DNA of 64,000 nucleotides, taken from assembly GCF_006345805.1 (NCBI RefSeq), contig NC_042999.1:120838001-120902000 (forward strand), in the 5' to 3' direction. This DNA comes from Octopus sinensis. Its lineage: Eukaryota. The notes beneath the pieces were generated by a model. The model had not been told where the DNA came from and ran no database searches. It saw only the letters and a program-made list of their open reading frames with translations. Position numbers and translations under genes: made by a program. Position 1 is the first letter of the stretch. Each line of letters opens with the position of its first letter. Below, piece after piece: positions 12,301 to 26,508 of the stretch.

Positions 12301-14329
12301 TTTAGCAGTTCGTTGTTAATTACTGCTGTCTCCGTGCGTTTACTCTTAAGGAAGCTATCTGATCTACATGGTGTGTACATTGTGACGTCCTAATCTGTGC
12401 AGTGGCTTCTTTTTGACGTAGTTGCTGCTATATTTAACATCTATGATTCCGGCTACATGTATCCATAAGTTCCATGCAATCAGTGTCTCAGGTTGACAGT
12501 ACCTTGTTTGAGCGGACCTGCCCAGCTTGAAGGGACCGCAGCTGCCGATGGTAATACTATGGTCACTTCCTCCACGAGGCATTTCTCTATGTCACTGCTG
12601 GTTAACTGTTGCTATCTATGTTGTGCTATCATGGTGAGACGATGTTAGAATCTCCTTTGGAAGACGCAGGTCGGGAAAGTATTGCTACGAGGGATCAGTA
12701 ATGACACAAATAGCATATTTCCCCGCTCTACTCCAATGATGTAAACCAAAGGAAATGCAATTTCTCCTACAGTTGGGACTTGTTGCTGCAAAAGTTGCCA
12801 GAATGATGTCGAGACAATGCCTACTTTCTTTAATGTTATGAAATCCAGATTTTCTTTGAGTTTACATCAAAATACTTTTTGATGGATACGTATAGCCAAG
12901 GAAGCAGAGATAAGAATTCAGTGTTTGCCCTCTCTTTGATGAAAATGATTCACCAGTCTAAGGTGTTCTGTGTACCCGAAACATTGACTTTAAAGCACCG
13001 GCAAACACCTGCATACCTGTAAGTAGAAGTAGTTCCACCGGACATACAGTCAAACGAAACGTCTAGTCGCTGGAGTTGGTTTCATCAGGTGCCGTTCAAA
13101 GCTTTTCTTTGGTAATGGGACCACATGTATAACGTAACTTTTCGGTTATATACATGTATGTATGTGTGAGTGTGTATGTGTGTGTGTATAAAGGGAGACA
13201 GAGAAAGAAAGAGAGAGAGGACCGTATAATATTTCAAAGAAAATACAAATGCTAGATTGCAAAAGGCAAATTACATCTTCCATGACGGTTTTGATCTCTA
13301 TCACCACTGCATTTCTCTACCTCCTGCAATAACTCCCATCAAATAAATATTATTCAGCCTTTAATATAACTTACTCCCTTTACTTAGCGCAAATTATACA
13401 AACCCCCACACGAAACGACACACTTTCCACCTTTTAACTTATCACTATGTAGTGATTGAGTCACATAACATATTTGTTCACTAAATATGAAATGTTATTT
13501 GTAACGTATATTCAGCAAATGTTTTGAATGGTTTTACAGCTGTGAAGCATAACGTACATATATGTGTATATATGTGCATTTGTGTATGTGTGTGAGTGTG
13601 TTGTATGTATGGGTGTTTGTGTATGTATATATATATATAATTATAAACATACATCTATCTGTCTCTATCTATCGTTTTTCTCTCTTTCTCTATGTGTATG
13701 TGTATGCATGTGTGTAGATGTATGCATGCATTTATGTATGTATGTATAAATATATAGATCAATAGATAGCGACAGAAAGGTGTGTGTATACATGTCTGTG
13801 TGTGAGTATGTGTGCTTCTGTGTGTGCGTGTGTGAAACAAAAATGAATTCAGTGTGACAAGATGTGTGTATCTCAACATCAAAAACAAAAAGATAATAAT
13901 AAGTGTATATTAAATGAGATGAATATTTGATTTATTGAAATCATCTCTATTTCTGGAGACCAATAGCTTCGTGGACATTACCAACATCAAATAATAAGGC
14001 TAGATAATCTCAAGAATCAAGCATTTTCCGAAACTGACTTGCCATTAAAGCAATGATTTATCTGAAGTCAAGAGGACAACTGCCATGGAAACGTATTTCT
14101 CACTCCAAAGTCGCCCTCCACACACACACACACGTCTAATTATATCTGAGTTAGTTTATTTATAAAGCAAAATTTGAGTAAAACAAAGAACAGTTTGTAA
14201 AGTAATAATAACAAAGAATTATATCAGCAGATTAAATATAATCCAAAAGCGACACATAACTATGTGAGCCCAATCTTCAAAAATGCATATACTTATATAT
14301 ATATATATGTGTGTGTGTGGTGTTTGTGT

Positions 14330-14367
<38 letters not shown>

Positions 14368-14385
14368 GCGTGTGTGTGTGTGTGT

Positions 14386-15056
14386 ACAAGCGAATATATA
14401 CTAAATACACAGGCGACCAAAAGATACAGGTCACCAATTCTTCATCAGTCATCGGCCAGAGGATCAAACGCAATTTCAGCCATTATCGATAATATTGCTC
14501 CCACTCTGGTGGCAGGAACAAGAAACTTGCCGGGAATGGGTGGGACGAAAACATAACAAAACGAGACGGGTTCGAGATAAGGCCGCTAGTGGACGGACAA
14601 GGGGCAAAATAATAAACAGAAGAAAAGCTCCCTTCTCGCGTTACATTCGACCATACTGAACACGATTATCTGAGTTCCTCGCTCTACCCCTAGCATGTCT
14701 ATAGTTCTTCAGGACAGTTTTCATTTCTCCTTTGCGTTACCTACTTTTGTCTTGTCTTGCAGCTCCAAAGCTTTTTGTTGTATATGTATTATCATTATTG
14801 CTTTCGTGTGACCTTAAGCCTTTATTCTGTTTATTAATGTGTCACTCGTCCATCCACTAACGGACTCGTCTCGAGCCGGTCTCTTTTGTTATATTTTCGC
14901 CCCATTCCCGGCAAGTTTCTTTTCGGTGCCTCGAGAGTGGAAGCAATATTATCGATAGTGGCTGAAATTGCGTTTGATCCTCTGGTCGATAACCGATGAA
15001 GAATTGGTGACCTGTGTTTTCTGTTCGCCTGCGTATTTAGTATGTGTTCATTTGTT
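14386..15056. repeat. Long inverted repeat: two diverged ~240-bp arms (14386-14629 and 14816-15056) around a ~185-bp spacer
   Basis: For example, ACAGGTCACCAATTCTTCATC...AGAGGATCAAACGCAATTTCAGCCA at 14426 is the reverse complement of 14958-15013, and AAGAAACTTGCCGGGAATGGG at 14520 pairs with 14901-14921. Confidence 0.9.
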
Positions 15057-15234
15057 TATTTACTATACGTTTTTGTTAAATTATATATATATAGGTGTAT
15101 CGTATTTTCCGTTTATTTAATCCTGAAAATATTTATATAACACACGTACTAATTAATATTCTACTTATATATATATATATGTGTGTGCATGTATGTATGT
15201 ATGTGTGCGTATTTATATGTATGTATGTTTGTAA

Positions 15235-15290
<56 letters not shown>

Positions 15291-15789
15291 GAAAGTATGT
15301 CTGCATGCATATGCGGTAATGTAGTTCCTCATTGTATCAAAATGTATTTTACAATGTGCAAACCATTATTTCATGTTGTGCACGCTATGATGATTGGTGT
15401 AGGCTGTTAAGTTTACTGTATCAAGATTTCATTGTGTACTCTGAGTTTCATCTCTTGTCGAGCTGCACGCAACTTTCAATAATGAACAGCTCAGCTTCTG
15501 CCTATCCAATACCGAAACGCAGAGCAGGCAAGCAATGGTTGATATAATAAATACACACATACACACACACACACGCACATACTGTATAGAGATAGGGAGA
15601 AAGAACCAAGCAATAAGAAAACTTAAATGGATGAAGTACTTACCAAAACGCAGAAGTATACTTATTGGAAGAATATTAGTCATCGTATTGTATAATTTGC
15701 CTTTCCTCCTTTCGAGGTCGATGATATAAGTACCTAGCCCTGCCCTTAAAATTTCAGGCTTTGTGCATAAACTAGAAATGATTACCAAG

Positions 15790-16225
15790 TGTGTAGTAAA
15801 TGCTTAACAGTATTTCGCCCGACTTAAAGTTCTGCGTTCAAATTCCGCTGTCGTCGACTAGCATTCTGTCCTTTCGGCGTCGCTAAAAAATTACCAATTG
15901 AGCACTGGGATCGATTTAACCGACTTAGCTACTTCACTGAAATTACTAGTCTGTTGCCAAAATTCCAAACCCATCATTATGATGTAAAGGCATCGAGCTG
16001 GCAGAATCGTTAACACGCCAGGAAAAATGCATAAAGTAATTTCGTCCGTCTTTAAATTCCAAGTTCAACTTCCGCCAAAGTTGACATTTTCTTTTATCCT
16101 TTAAGGGTTAGTGAAGTTAGTGCCAGTCAATAAGTACTGGGGTCCATGAAATCAGGGTTAGTGAAGTTAGTGCCAGTCAATAAGTACTGGGGTCCATGAA
16201 ATCAGCTATTCCCCTCCCATAAATG
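15790..16225 (+). mobile_element. Two adjacent SINE family 1 copies; the second carries an exact 50-bp internal tandem duplication (16104-16203)
   Basis: GAGCTGGCAGAATCGTTAACACGCC head, GTTCAA box, and AGGGTTAGTGAAG...CATGAAATC present twice. Confidence 0.8.
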
Positions 16226-16444
16226 TAAGATATAAATATAAACTCATATGTACTTAGAAAAGTAAATACATACAAACATGCACCGTCTGTGCAAATTCAA
16301 CACATCATTGGAAGTTATTACTATTACAAGCATTCTTCTACATATGATATATCTATCTTCAGCCTATATTAACATAGAGTATAAGTGAAAGAGCTATTTC
16401 GTGTTCTTATGTAATAATTATGTATTATGAAATTTAGAATAAGC

Positions 16445-16735
16445 TTCCGAGAGATGGAGGCTTAGTGGTTTGGCTATTCTGTTCATGATAGTAAGGTCGT
16501 GAGTTTTATATCCGGCTACTCGTTGTGTCCTTCGGCAAGACACTTTATTACTCATTATTCTAGTCCACTAAGATGACAAAATTGAGTAGTACCTGTATTT
16601 CAAAGGACCACACTTGTCACATTCTGTGCTACGTTGACTCTCCTTGATTACTCAGCCACTCTCCTTGATTGCTCCATAATTCAAGGACAGGCTCTTCCGT
16701 TGATCTGGGACACTCATCGTCGTAACCGACGGAAT
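16445..16735 (+). mobile_element. tRNA-derived SINE, family 2 (…CAAGACACTTTATT…GAGTAGTACCTGTATTTCAAAGG…CATCGTCGTAACCGAC)
   Basis: Homologous to the reverse complement of 53570-53985. Confidence 0.72.
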
Positions 16736-19700
16736 ACATAAGGATTGTAAATGTTCCAGATGCTAAAACAGTCTGTGATATCGTACAATAGAAAATCTGA
16801 ACTGCTCTTTAACTGTTGTCACTGACAAGCATTTCTTTTGGAGAAGAATTAGAAATAATTCAATAAATCCTCAAATATGAATAATTCAAAATCACCTGTT
16901 TCAAGATTAATATGTAATTAGTTGAACATTAATCTCATCCACAACCTTGTAACCCTAATTGCCACCTATTAACCATATTGTCGGCCGTGTAAACTGCTTT
17001 GATTACTAACACCCGATCTTATAAATAACCAATAAGGAACATGCAGATACAACCCCATACATGAAAGAAATCTGAAAGGTTGCATACATTTTACGTGTGT
17101 ATGTAAGTATAATATTTTATAGCTATATAATTACACCCTTTTCTTAAAAATTTCATTTGAATATATCAAATCATTCTTATTTTCATAACGATGTGCAAGG
17201 AATAAACATTATAATCTATGAGTAAATGTGTTAAATTGTGTTTAAAATTGGTATTTTAATTTGCGAAACGAACAAATTAATGTCCCGTATTTTAAAAAGG
17301 TTTTGCATTAGCATAACATTGGTGTAATAACATATCCGAAACGACAAACTAGCATTCGAACAAAATGAGTTTTGATATTGAATTTTCTAACACTACGTTC
17401 TAGGTGGATTACCCGACACATGCCACCTTGTTTGCCATCACAAATGTACCAATCTGATAACCTTAAAATATATCATTCGTAAGATACAGTTCAGTATCAT
17501 TGGTAAAAATATCAATGACTTGAAGTATTGAGATTACAGTTTCATTTGAAGAAATGCATAATCGAAACTCTTATATTGAAGCTATTAAAAAACACGATAC
17601 ACAATAGACTCATTTTAAATGTCTGACCTGTATCGAATCTGTGTCGCTTATTCAATAAAAATTGTATTAAAACTTTTGACATAATTGTATCAATCCGTTA
17701 CAATACATCAGTTACTCAAAGTATCTTAGCAAGTTTGAGTGATGTTGGATTAGCATAAACTGTCTCAGAATATCAGAATCTGCTTGGCATCTCGACTTTG
17801 TTTGTACTTAATATTTTTGCTTTTTCTTAGTAAAATTTCTCGTATGTAGTATTATCGGAATTTTTTTCACCGAACTTAGATTGATTCTGGACGCAACTTT
17901 TATTCAACAATAATTTTCATTTTGAAATTTTTCCTTTGAAGTAACTTGTCTGAAATATTTATTTGCTGTTTTGCTAGGATTTTGAATTTGGTAATCTTTG
18001 AAGTAAGAATTGTGTACTTGTTTGTATTTTTTCGATTTCAGCTATTACGATATTGAAATAATATTCAAAGATGTTTGACTAGGTAAGCTCTCTGTCAGCA
18101 ACTATCTATAAAATATTTGATAAAGCTACTTCAATTATGCTGCTAATGTACTGAGAAAGAAATTATTGTCACGATATTCCATATACTCTCATCAATAATT
18201 TTGAAGCTGGCTTTCTTGTCAATGATTCCTGTGGGTCAAAAAAGAAAGTAAATATAAAGTGATTTAATTTCATTACCACTCAAATCACATACATAAATTA
18301 ATTATAACATGCGAAAAAAATACATTGCGAATACTTCAAATAATATGCTTGAAGCTTTTATTTAAAATAACTATCCCTATATTTCAAGTGTATGTGTGTG
18401 CGTGTGTGTGTGCGTGTATTTGGGCGTGTGTGTGTGTGTGAGTGCGCGCGCGTATCTGTTTCTGTGTCTGTCTGTGTGTAAAAATTTTCAGTATCACATA
18501 GAATCAAGGTATTTAAATAACAAAGTTACCATGGTAGACTCGGGGCTACCATGGCTGTGCACTAAAAACGTATATGGACATAAAGTAGTTACTAAAATAA
18601 ATACAGATTAGTCCCTCCAGCGATGCATACATTCACATGTACTAACCAAATACACAAGGTGTACGCAAAGTCAAACACCACATATTCCATAATCGACTAT
18701 AGGCTCCAGATCCAAGGAAGGTTCCGAGTGTGGTGAAGTATAAAAAATAACAGAGGAAGAAAAAGAAGGGAATCCTATTTCCCTTCGTTTCCTTCTATTT
18801 TAATCCTTTAAACGAGTTCATTAACTTGCTATCATGTATATATACTTTGAAATAGCATCCACTACTCACTGTCTCAGCTGTAACCAATGTTTTATTTATG
18901 TCAAGATTCCCTGGTGTTAAAATCTTATACTTAATTCACCTGAAGAAAACGGTTTTCTTTTTGTACGATGGAACAATTTTGTTCGTTAATGAACAACACG
19001 TCTGAAGCAGCTGTAGTGTGCCTTAATTCAACTGTGATATTCTTTATATGTGTATGTATATTTACATACATATACATTCACACATAGTTATTATATATAT
19101 ATATATAATAAATATTAGGGAAATATACTTTGCAAAATAGTGGTTTTGTCTCGAATTAATATTATATATATATATATATATATATGCGTGTGAGTGTGTG
19201 TATATGTGTGTGTGTGCACATATATGCATGTATACATATATACATATACATGTGAGTGTTTACAAACTGAAAAGACTTATAGCAAATAAAAGGCAAGTGG
19301 CTATTAGTTGACGTATCTGTAACATTTTATACATTATATGTACCTGTGTGTATGTTTGTGTACACGCATGCTGACATTGACACACATACGCAAACATAAT
19401 CTTTTCAAACTTCTTTCCAAAATTCATATCCATCTGCAAATAGGTGCAAAACAGTTATATTCTGCCACTCTTTTAAAGAGATTATTTACCGAATTCTCGA
19501 TTATATTTTTGTTAAGATTCAATGGATGTTTTGTTAAGCTTCATCGTGGATATCTTTTTCCATTAAAGATTGTTCTAGTTGAATAAGCTTGTTTTCATTA
19601 TACACTGACTTAAGCAAACAAGCATTTGCATTATCAGCTTTCAACCAAGCAAGTGGTCAGGTTCTGAGATATTTTCATGTTTGAATAAAAATACGTCTAA

Positions 19701-20880
19701 AAATAAACAAAATTTCTAATTAAAGAACACCAATATGTTAACTCCCCGCTATATCATTGAATTTTTTTTTCTCAGAGAGGTATCTAAAGTGATATTTTTT
19801 CTGATCCGTTTGTACTGATTCATTTCCAAATGCATTTCGAGTGAAAGGAAAGACGAATATTGATTTTCCATCATAAATTTTATTTATTGCCTTCGATAGT
19901 TGCATAATATTTCACAAAGTAGAGCACTATGAGTAGAAATTGTGATCACAACATTTAACCAAGATAAGTTAGTATAACATGCTTGCTAAGACATATGTTA
20001 TGACATTTCAATATTTAGTTCAGATTACCCTATATTAATACCTTCAGTTACTTAACAGTTCATATCACATCATTCCAACTCATCACTGTGTAATAGGGGA
20101 ACATTTTACAAGAATAAGTATATTGTGATTTGCTGTGAACGTTTCCGAGAATAATACATTCATCAAGTAAACGAGTCATTCAAGAATATACTTATACAAT
20201 CGAAAGTTATATCTACTATAATCTCATATTAAAAATATATATATTGCAGTAGTAATTTACTGACTTTTAAGAGAATAAATCATTGTCGAAAGAACAGTAA
20301 CAAAAAAATTTAACATACAATAAATAAGTTGAGAATAAAAATCAATTGCAAAAATAAATCGAATTTATCTTTTATTTTCACTCAAAATGCATAGCAGTTC
20401 AACCCAAGCATATCTATCTCTATTTCATCTTTTATTAAAACTGCTATCGGATGGTAACGTAAGTGTCTTCACGCTAATTTGTCGGAACGATTCTTAGTCA
20501 CAAAGTGAGTTCTTTAAACGGACAGAAGTTACACTTGATCTTCCGAATTACATTTTTTTTCTTCATTTTAATTGAATATCGAAACAAACAAATAGAACCG
20601 TTATTATTGGATAGCATGAAAGCAGACGATTCGTATCATTACTGTCTTATGAATTCAGGCATTCAGGCGAATATACAAGATGTATTATTGTAAGCATACA
20701 TTTACCGGATTCTGCATTATATCTTATCGAAGTTTGCTAATATGAATGTTTTTCATAATTTTACTTGCTACTTGCTATAACTTTCATCTTGAAAGATGAT
20801 TGATTTAGAAAGTCAATACATACATACGTGCGTACGTACATACATGCATACCTATATACATATATATTATATATTCTATA

Positions 20881-20916
<36 letters not shown>

Positions 20917-21057
20917 TATATATATACGTACATAGACATACATATTTGTGTGTTTATGTATGTATGAGTAGTTATGTATTGCTAATGTTTATGTATTCGC
21001 TGAGAAGAAAAAAGAATTTGCATGTCTATACATACACACGGACGTACGCGCACACAT

Positions 21058-21186
<129 letters not shown>

Positions 21187-22527
21187 TCTGAACGTCTTTT
21201 GTGCGTTAGGATATAAAATATTTGCTATATGTAGCATCATTTCTGCTCAGCAAGCAGGTTCTGTATTTGTTGTGATCCATTGTGCGTTTGTGGTTATTAA
21301 TATGTGTGTGTGCATGTGTGTGCGTGTGTGTGTGTGTGCTGTGTAACTTGTTCTCAAAACATTAATAAGTAATTTGAGCTGATTTCACTCGAAGTGAAGG
21401 GAAGTCAATATCTGATTAACTTTATCTCCTGTTTTCCTCGATAAGCAACATTTTACTATACGTAATGACGTGACGGCTGCTTCTATTTCTATTCATCATT
21501 TATTTTCTTTTTATTTCCTATTTCCTCTTTTGCAATACATTTTTCATTCATCCTTGACTTATTCAGCGCTACTTCTTTCGAATACATTGATATGAGTTGC
21601 AATATTTTTATCTTCCTTTTTTAATTTCATATTACGCAGTGGATAAAATCATATAAAAATGATTTACAATAACGTACACGTCTACAGTAACATAAAGCTT
21701 CTAACCAGCACATTTAATTCAACAGACTAAACATGTATACATACGCATAGAAACTCACACACCTTTAAACATGTACATATATATATACATTACGGATTCG
21801 CCCGTGCGTTTACGTGTGTGCATGCAAGTGTATCTTATAAAGACGTCACTTTTATTCAACCACATCAGTTAAAATCTAAACGAATATTGACATATCCAAA
21901 TGAAGAATAATTCATTGAATATCTGTTCTCGTGTAAAATAAAATCAATTAAAACGAAATTGTAGGAAGCGATTACTACTTCAGCAAAATTCAATTTGATA
22001 GATATATTTACCATTGATTTGTTTCATATAGAGGGAAATTAAATAATTTCGAACTTTAACATTATCAATGATTCAATTTACAGAAAAGAACAATGGAGTT
22101 GTTTTACATCATTAAAAATAGAATACTGTAATAGAATTCTACGAGAAGGGATCAAGGCAAATTAATTTGCTTGGTGTTTTCCTCAGAGTAAAACGTTCCT
22201 AAAAACTTTTGAAAATGACTTAAAGAAAGCATTGCTTGCATATTATTGGCTTCCGTTAGAATTTAAACTAAATGCCTAAATAGTTTTTATCACACATTAA
22301 GTGTTTCCAGGAAAGCCGGTATTTAATAAAAGAATGTAAGGCCTCAAAAGCATTTTATGCTATGTTTAGGGTTAAGAATGTTCGGATCAATTTCAAAGAA
22401 GTTATTTAAAATTAATGTGATTTTGTATTTAACAAATAATTACGCGCGCGCGCACACACATATTTGTGTGTGTATATATATATATATTATATATATATAT
22501 ATAAGTAGATGTTTATGTATGTATATG

Positions 22528-22574
<47 letters not shown>

Positions 22575-22780
22575 TATATATATATATTATATATATCATA
22601 TTTATATATATGTATATATGCATTTGTATAATATATATATAAACGTTTTCTTAGGACTTTCATTTCAGGTTTCAAAATATTCAGAGTGACGATTTCAAAA
22701 GAAGAGCAGGATTGGATTAGCAGCTGATGATCGGAAACGAGTAATTCTGAGTATCTGTGCACTGGGAATAGGAGATTTTC

Positions 22781-22873
<93 letters not shown>

Positions 22874-23119
22874 GAATAACATATTACTGTCGATTGTGTC
22901 TGAGAAAGATCTCTTCATTTATATATTCTAAAAGCATAATGCACGCTGGAGTGTGGCGATCATCAATGTAGCAATAAGTCAGGAAGTTGGGAGATGCGAT
23001 TCGTTCAAGTTGAGAATGGCCAATGCCGTACAATTGTTTGTTATTTGCTTAAACTAAATTTGTGTTTCCATATATAGAAAATTAAACATCTCTCTGAAGA
23101 GGTGTTCTCTCGAACAAAA

Positions 23120-24300
23120 CCCACCGTATGATGGTTTTGAAATGTGTATATATAGTTAATATGATAAACAGATTGCGCTTCAATTTAATGTTGTTTTAAT
23201 TGTGTTCATCAACAACTGGAAATAATGTTCATAATTTTTTTCTAGTAGGATCTACCCCATAATGTTTTAATAGTATCCGGTAAACATATTGGCTGACCCG
23301 ATCATTGCTTAGATTTATATTCGGTTGAAGGCATGGTGGAGTGCCCGGAAATTATATGGTCTATTATCTCGACTTGTTCATCACAGCTCAGCGATTTAGA
23401 TCTGCTTCATCTTTTGAGTGTGTTGTCTTGTTAGTTCCATTTAAATAAGCTCTAGTTTTTAGTACGGAGAATGAATCCCTTTGTTTTTTTGCTTTTAACT
23501 ATTAGCTTTGCAACCACTGATAGGTTTGTGGATGATCAACATACGCCTCTTTGGAGAGAAGTTGATAGTAGCCGTGCAGAGATTTGTTTTGCTATCTAAT
23601 CTTTTAGAATTTTAAGGCCCTTCGACTTTGTTTTAATTCTGTGGATTCTAGCCTTTCAGGTCTTTCACTTTTCATTTTCCCTGATAATCCAACCTGCTTC
23701 TTTGTTATTTTTGTTTCATCTACATCAGATGTTCTTTCAAAATTCTTCAACTACATTCATAGTAGCTGGATCATATATTTCAATTGTTTGTTCCCCCCCG
23801 TTTCGTAACAGCATTTCTTTGGGTCTGTTTCGAAAATCTTGTTCTATTCTGTATGTTCTTAACCATTGTTTTTTGATTTGTATTCGTTTGTTCTGGGTCT
23901 CCTTGATAGTAAAAATATTTTGTTCATGCTATTTTGCACATTCTTTTAACTTTTCTCGATTTTCTACGTTTGGCATTTATTCCTTTCGAAGGTTCATCAG
24001 CAATCGACATTTCTCTTCATAGATATTTAATTTCGTTTTGTAATCTGACTTTCTACTTTCGTAATTTGTTGGCATGTTTGTTCTTTTTCTTTGTTTTAAA
24101 TCTTTTTTCGTGGAGTATACAATATTACTGCTAGCAGTTAGATAAGCTGCACCTTCTCACAGTATTTCTTTCATTGCTAGATTAGATACTTTAATCTTGT
24201 ATGCGTTTTTTATCGTTTTGAAACTTTGGCAACAGATCACTCTCCTTCATTTCAATGCTGTTTGGATATGTGAGGCATTTTGATTTAGTTTTTAATGGGT
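23120..24300 (-). mobile_element. Old, heavily decayed R4/Dong-like LINE fragment
   Basis: Minus-strand LHGYYQLLSKEAYVD.PQTYQWL, EIIDHIISG and DRVSQYV.RILLKHYG match the LHG..W, HIISGC and HDRV...HW..HYG motifs of copies A and B. Confidence 0.7.
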
Positions 24301-25356
24301 ATTTTTAAAACTTCATCATTGATATCATTTTCCGTTAAAGATCGCAGTGCAATTAAACTAGTATTAAAAACAAGACACCCTTCTTCATAAGGAATAAACC
24401 AGCCTATAGCGATTATACACACAGTGGGTGATAATCTTCAGAAGACTACATAGTGTGAGATAATCTTCAGAAGATCACAAATCTGTTTACATTTTTTTTA
24501 TTCTGCTCTACTTCAGGTATGTATCAAAGTTGAATGCCACGACTCCCTTACAAGTCTGAAGCATTTCAATTAAAGTAGCGTATTATTAGCTTCAGTGTAA
24601 ATCTATCATTACCTTTATATATTCAAAGTTACCTGTAATTATGGTGGGAAACAAACGTGTATAAATTACCACGTTTACTCACTCTGTCTATTCTACTTTA
24701 TAATAATGTTCGTATAAGAGGGATTTGGGGAATATTTTGCTTTTAATTCAGTTAACAAAGTTTTAATTTATACAAAGTTATAGCTCCATCCACATCATTA
24801 CATTTGACTATTTAATAGAATTGTTATACTATATACTCGTTTCCTGCAACCTCCTGTGTCTCTGCAACATTTAGCATTCTACAGCCTTTACAAACTTTCA
24901 AATTCATGTAGGTTTCGGATGCAATCATCTGTATAAAATGACATAGTAAATGAAAATCCGAATATCTCCTTTTTTTACTCATGTATCAAAGGAATATACT
25001 TATTTTTCATGAAGTTCCTCGAGACAGTATCGTATCTTTACACTTCACTACAACACATTCCCAAATTTGATAGCTTCAGTGTTTCTAGTTGGACTCTGAC
25101 ATCAACTGACGGGAGCACTTACCTCATACATCTGTCTGCTGGGAATATTATTTTTCTTTCTTTTTTATAACATTCATTCTACTCGCACAAAATTATATTC
25201 CGAATATGACTTGCAGAATGTAACGAACCTGCCATCTCATATAATTCAATATTCTAACACATTTCTTTATCTTCTACTTTCTTTTCTTTCTTTTTCTTTT
25301 TTGTTATGTTTCTTATCTCTTTCTCTCGGTTTCTCTCATTTTCTTTTTCTATTGAA

Positions 25357-25367
25357 GCCGCCATTTT
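25357..25367 (-). promoter_or_regulatory. YY1-like motif / start-codon context AAAATGGCGGC
   Basis: Plus strand GCCGCCATTTT, in otherwise CpG-poor unique sequence ~240 bp from a minus-strand GAG|GTAAGT donor. Motif match only. Confidence 0.25.
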
Positions 25368-26508
25368 AAGTGAAATTTCTGCCCTTTCTTATAGAAAGTA
25401 GTTTGTGTATGAGAACGCAAGAAACTAAAGCTAAAATACCATCAAGACATTGAATATCACATGGTAACAGTATATTAAAAGAGCAAAGAAATGCTATAAA
25501 GCGAACAATATTAAACTATAATGTTTTTGATATTTAACCAACATTGCTGTAAAAGTACTTTTTGTCAACTCGTAAGACATCGTTTCAATTTTTTCTCAAT
25601 CTGAATTTGTTATAGTGGAAGGTAAGCAGCGTGTAGTCGAGAATATATTTATTTAAATGCGACAAAGTCTAAGTTTCACAGCAGTAAGTACGAAGAAGAA
25701 AAAGTTTTTTTAGACAGAAGAATATTCGTCATACGGTTACTTTTCAATTCTCTCGGCGTTATTTAATATTACTAAGAGAACTGAAAAATTGCTTTTTTTT
25801 CTTTTTGTATCGCTACGGGAATTATTTTTAACCAAAAACAAAACAGTTAATGGAATCGCCAGAAAACTAAATGTAAATAAAATATTAGTATTGGATTGTT
25901 GATATTATCTTTGTGAAAATATAACACAAATGTAGTTAATGTTAAATAAAAGAATGAAATTAGCAAGACCACGACAACGTTTTGTATATATCATTACTGC
26001 TTAAACAACTGATTATATCGCATTGGAAATTTTCCAGCAAAAAATGTTAAACTAATTCAACAACAAACTAGGTACAAACATATCTAATAATGTCAATAAA
26101 TGAATTTAATACACAATTAAAACTCCTTGCAAAGTAGGATCGTCTTAAATATAAAAAAAAAACTAAAAGGTGAAAATATAACAGAAAAATACCATAATTT
26201 TTAGACTTCTTAAACTTCAGAAGCCCTTAGATAATCAGACTTCTGATTAAGATTCTGTCGGTTTTGAATCCACTTAATTTTATTTAGGCTACAAATGCCC
26301 ATACAGAAAACACATTAAATATGCAAATGTACCGTATATAAATATTAGCCTTGTAAAGATAACACTAAAAGATATATTGCAAACAATTATAGCGGTCAAT
26401 AAAAGTATAGTTGTAGGAAAAATTTGGTTTTCGCATGACATTTACTTAGCGATTTTTCAAAAATAAGTGTGTTAATTGAATTCTTGATAAATCCCTTGTT
26501 ACGCTCCG

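Noticed and set aside
13055-13100. CTGATGA on the minus strand near CGAAAC on the plus strand
   Set aside because: The two core halves are on opposite strands.
18041-18081. Plus-strand 41-nt exon candidate (TTTCAG|...|GTAAGC)
   Set aside because: It has stop codons in all three frames and no other support.
22715-22755. CTGATGA-TCG-GAAAC-GA-GTA hammerhead-like string
   Set aside because: There is no room for stem II and stem I does not pair adjacent to the core.
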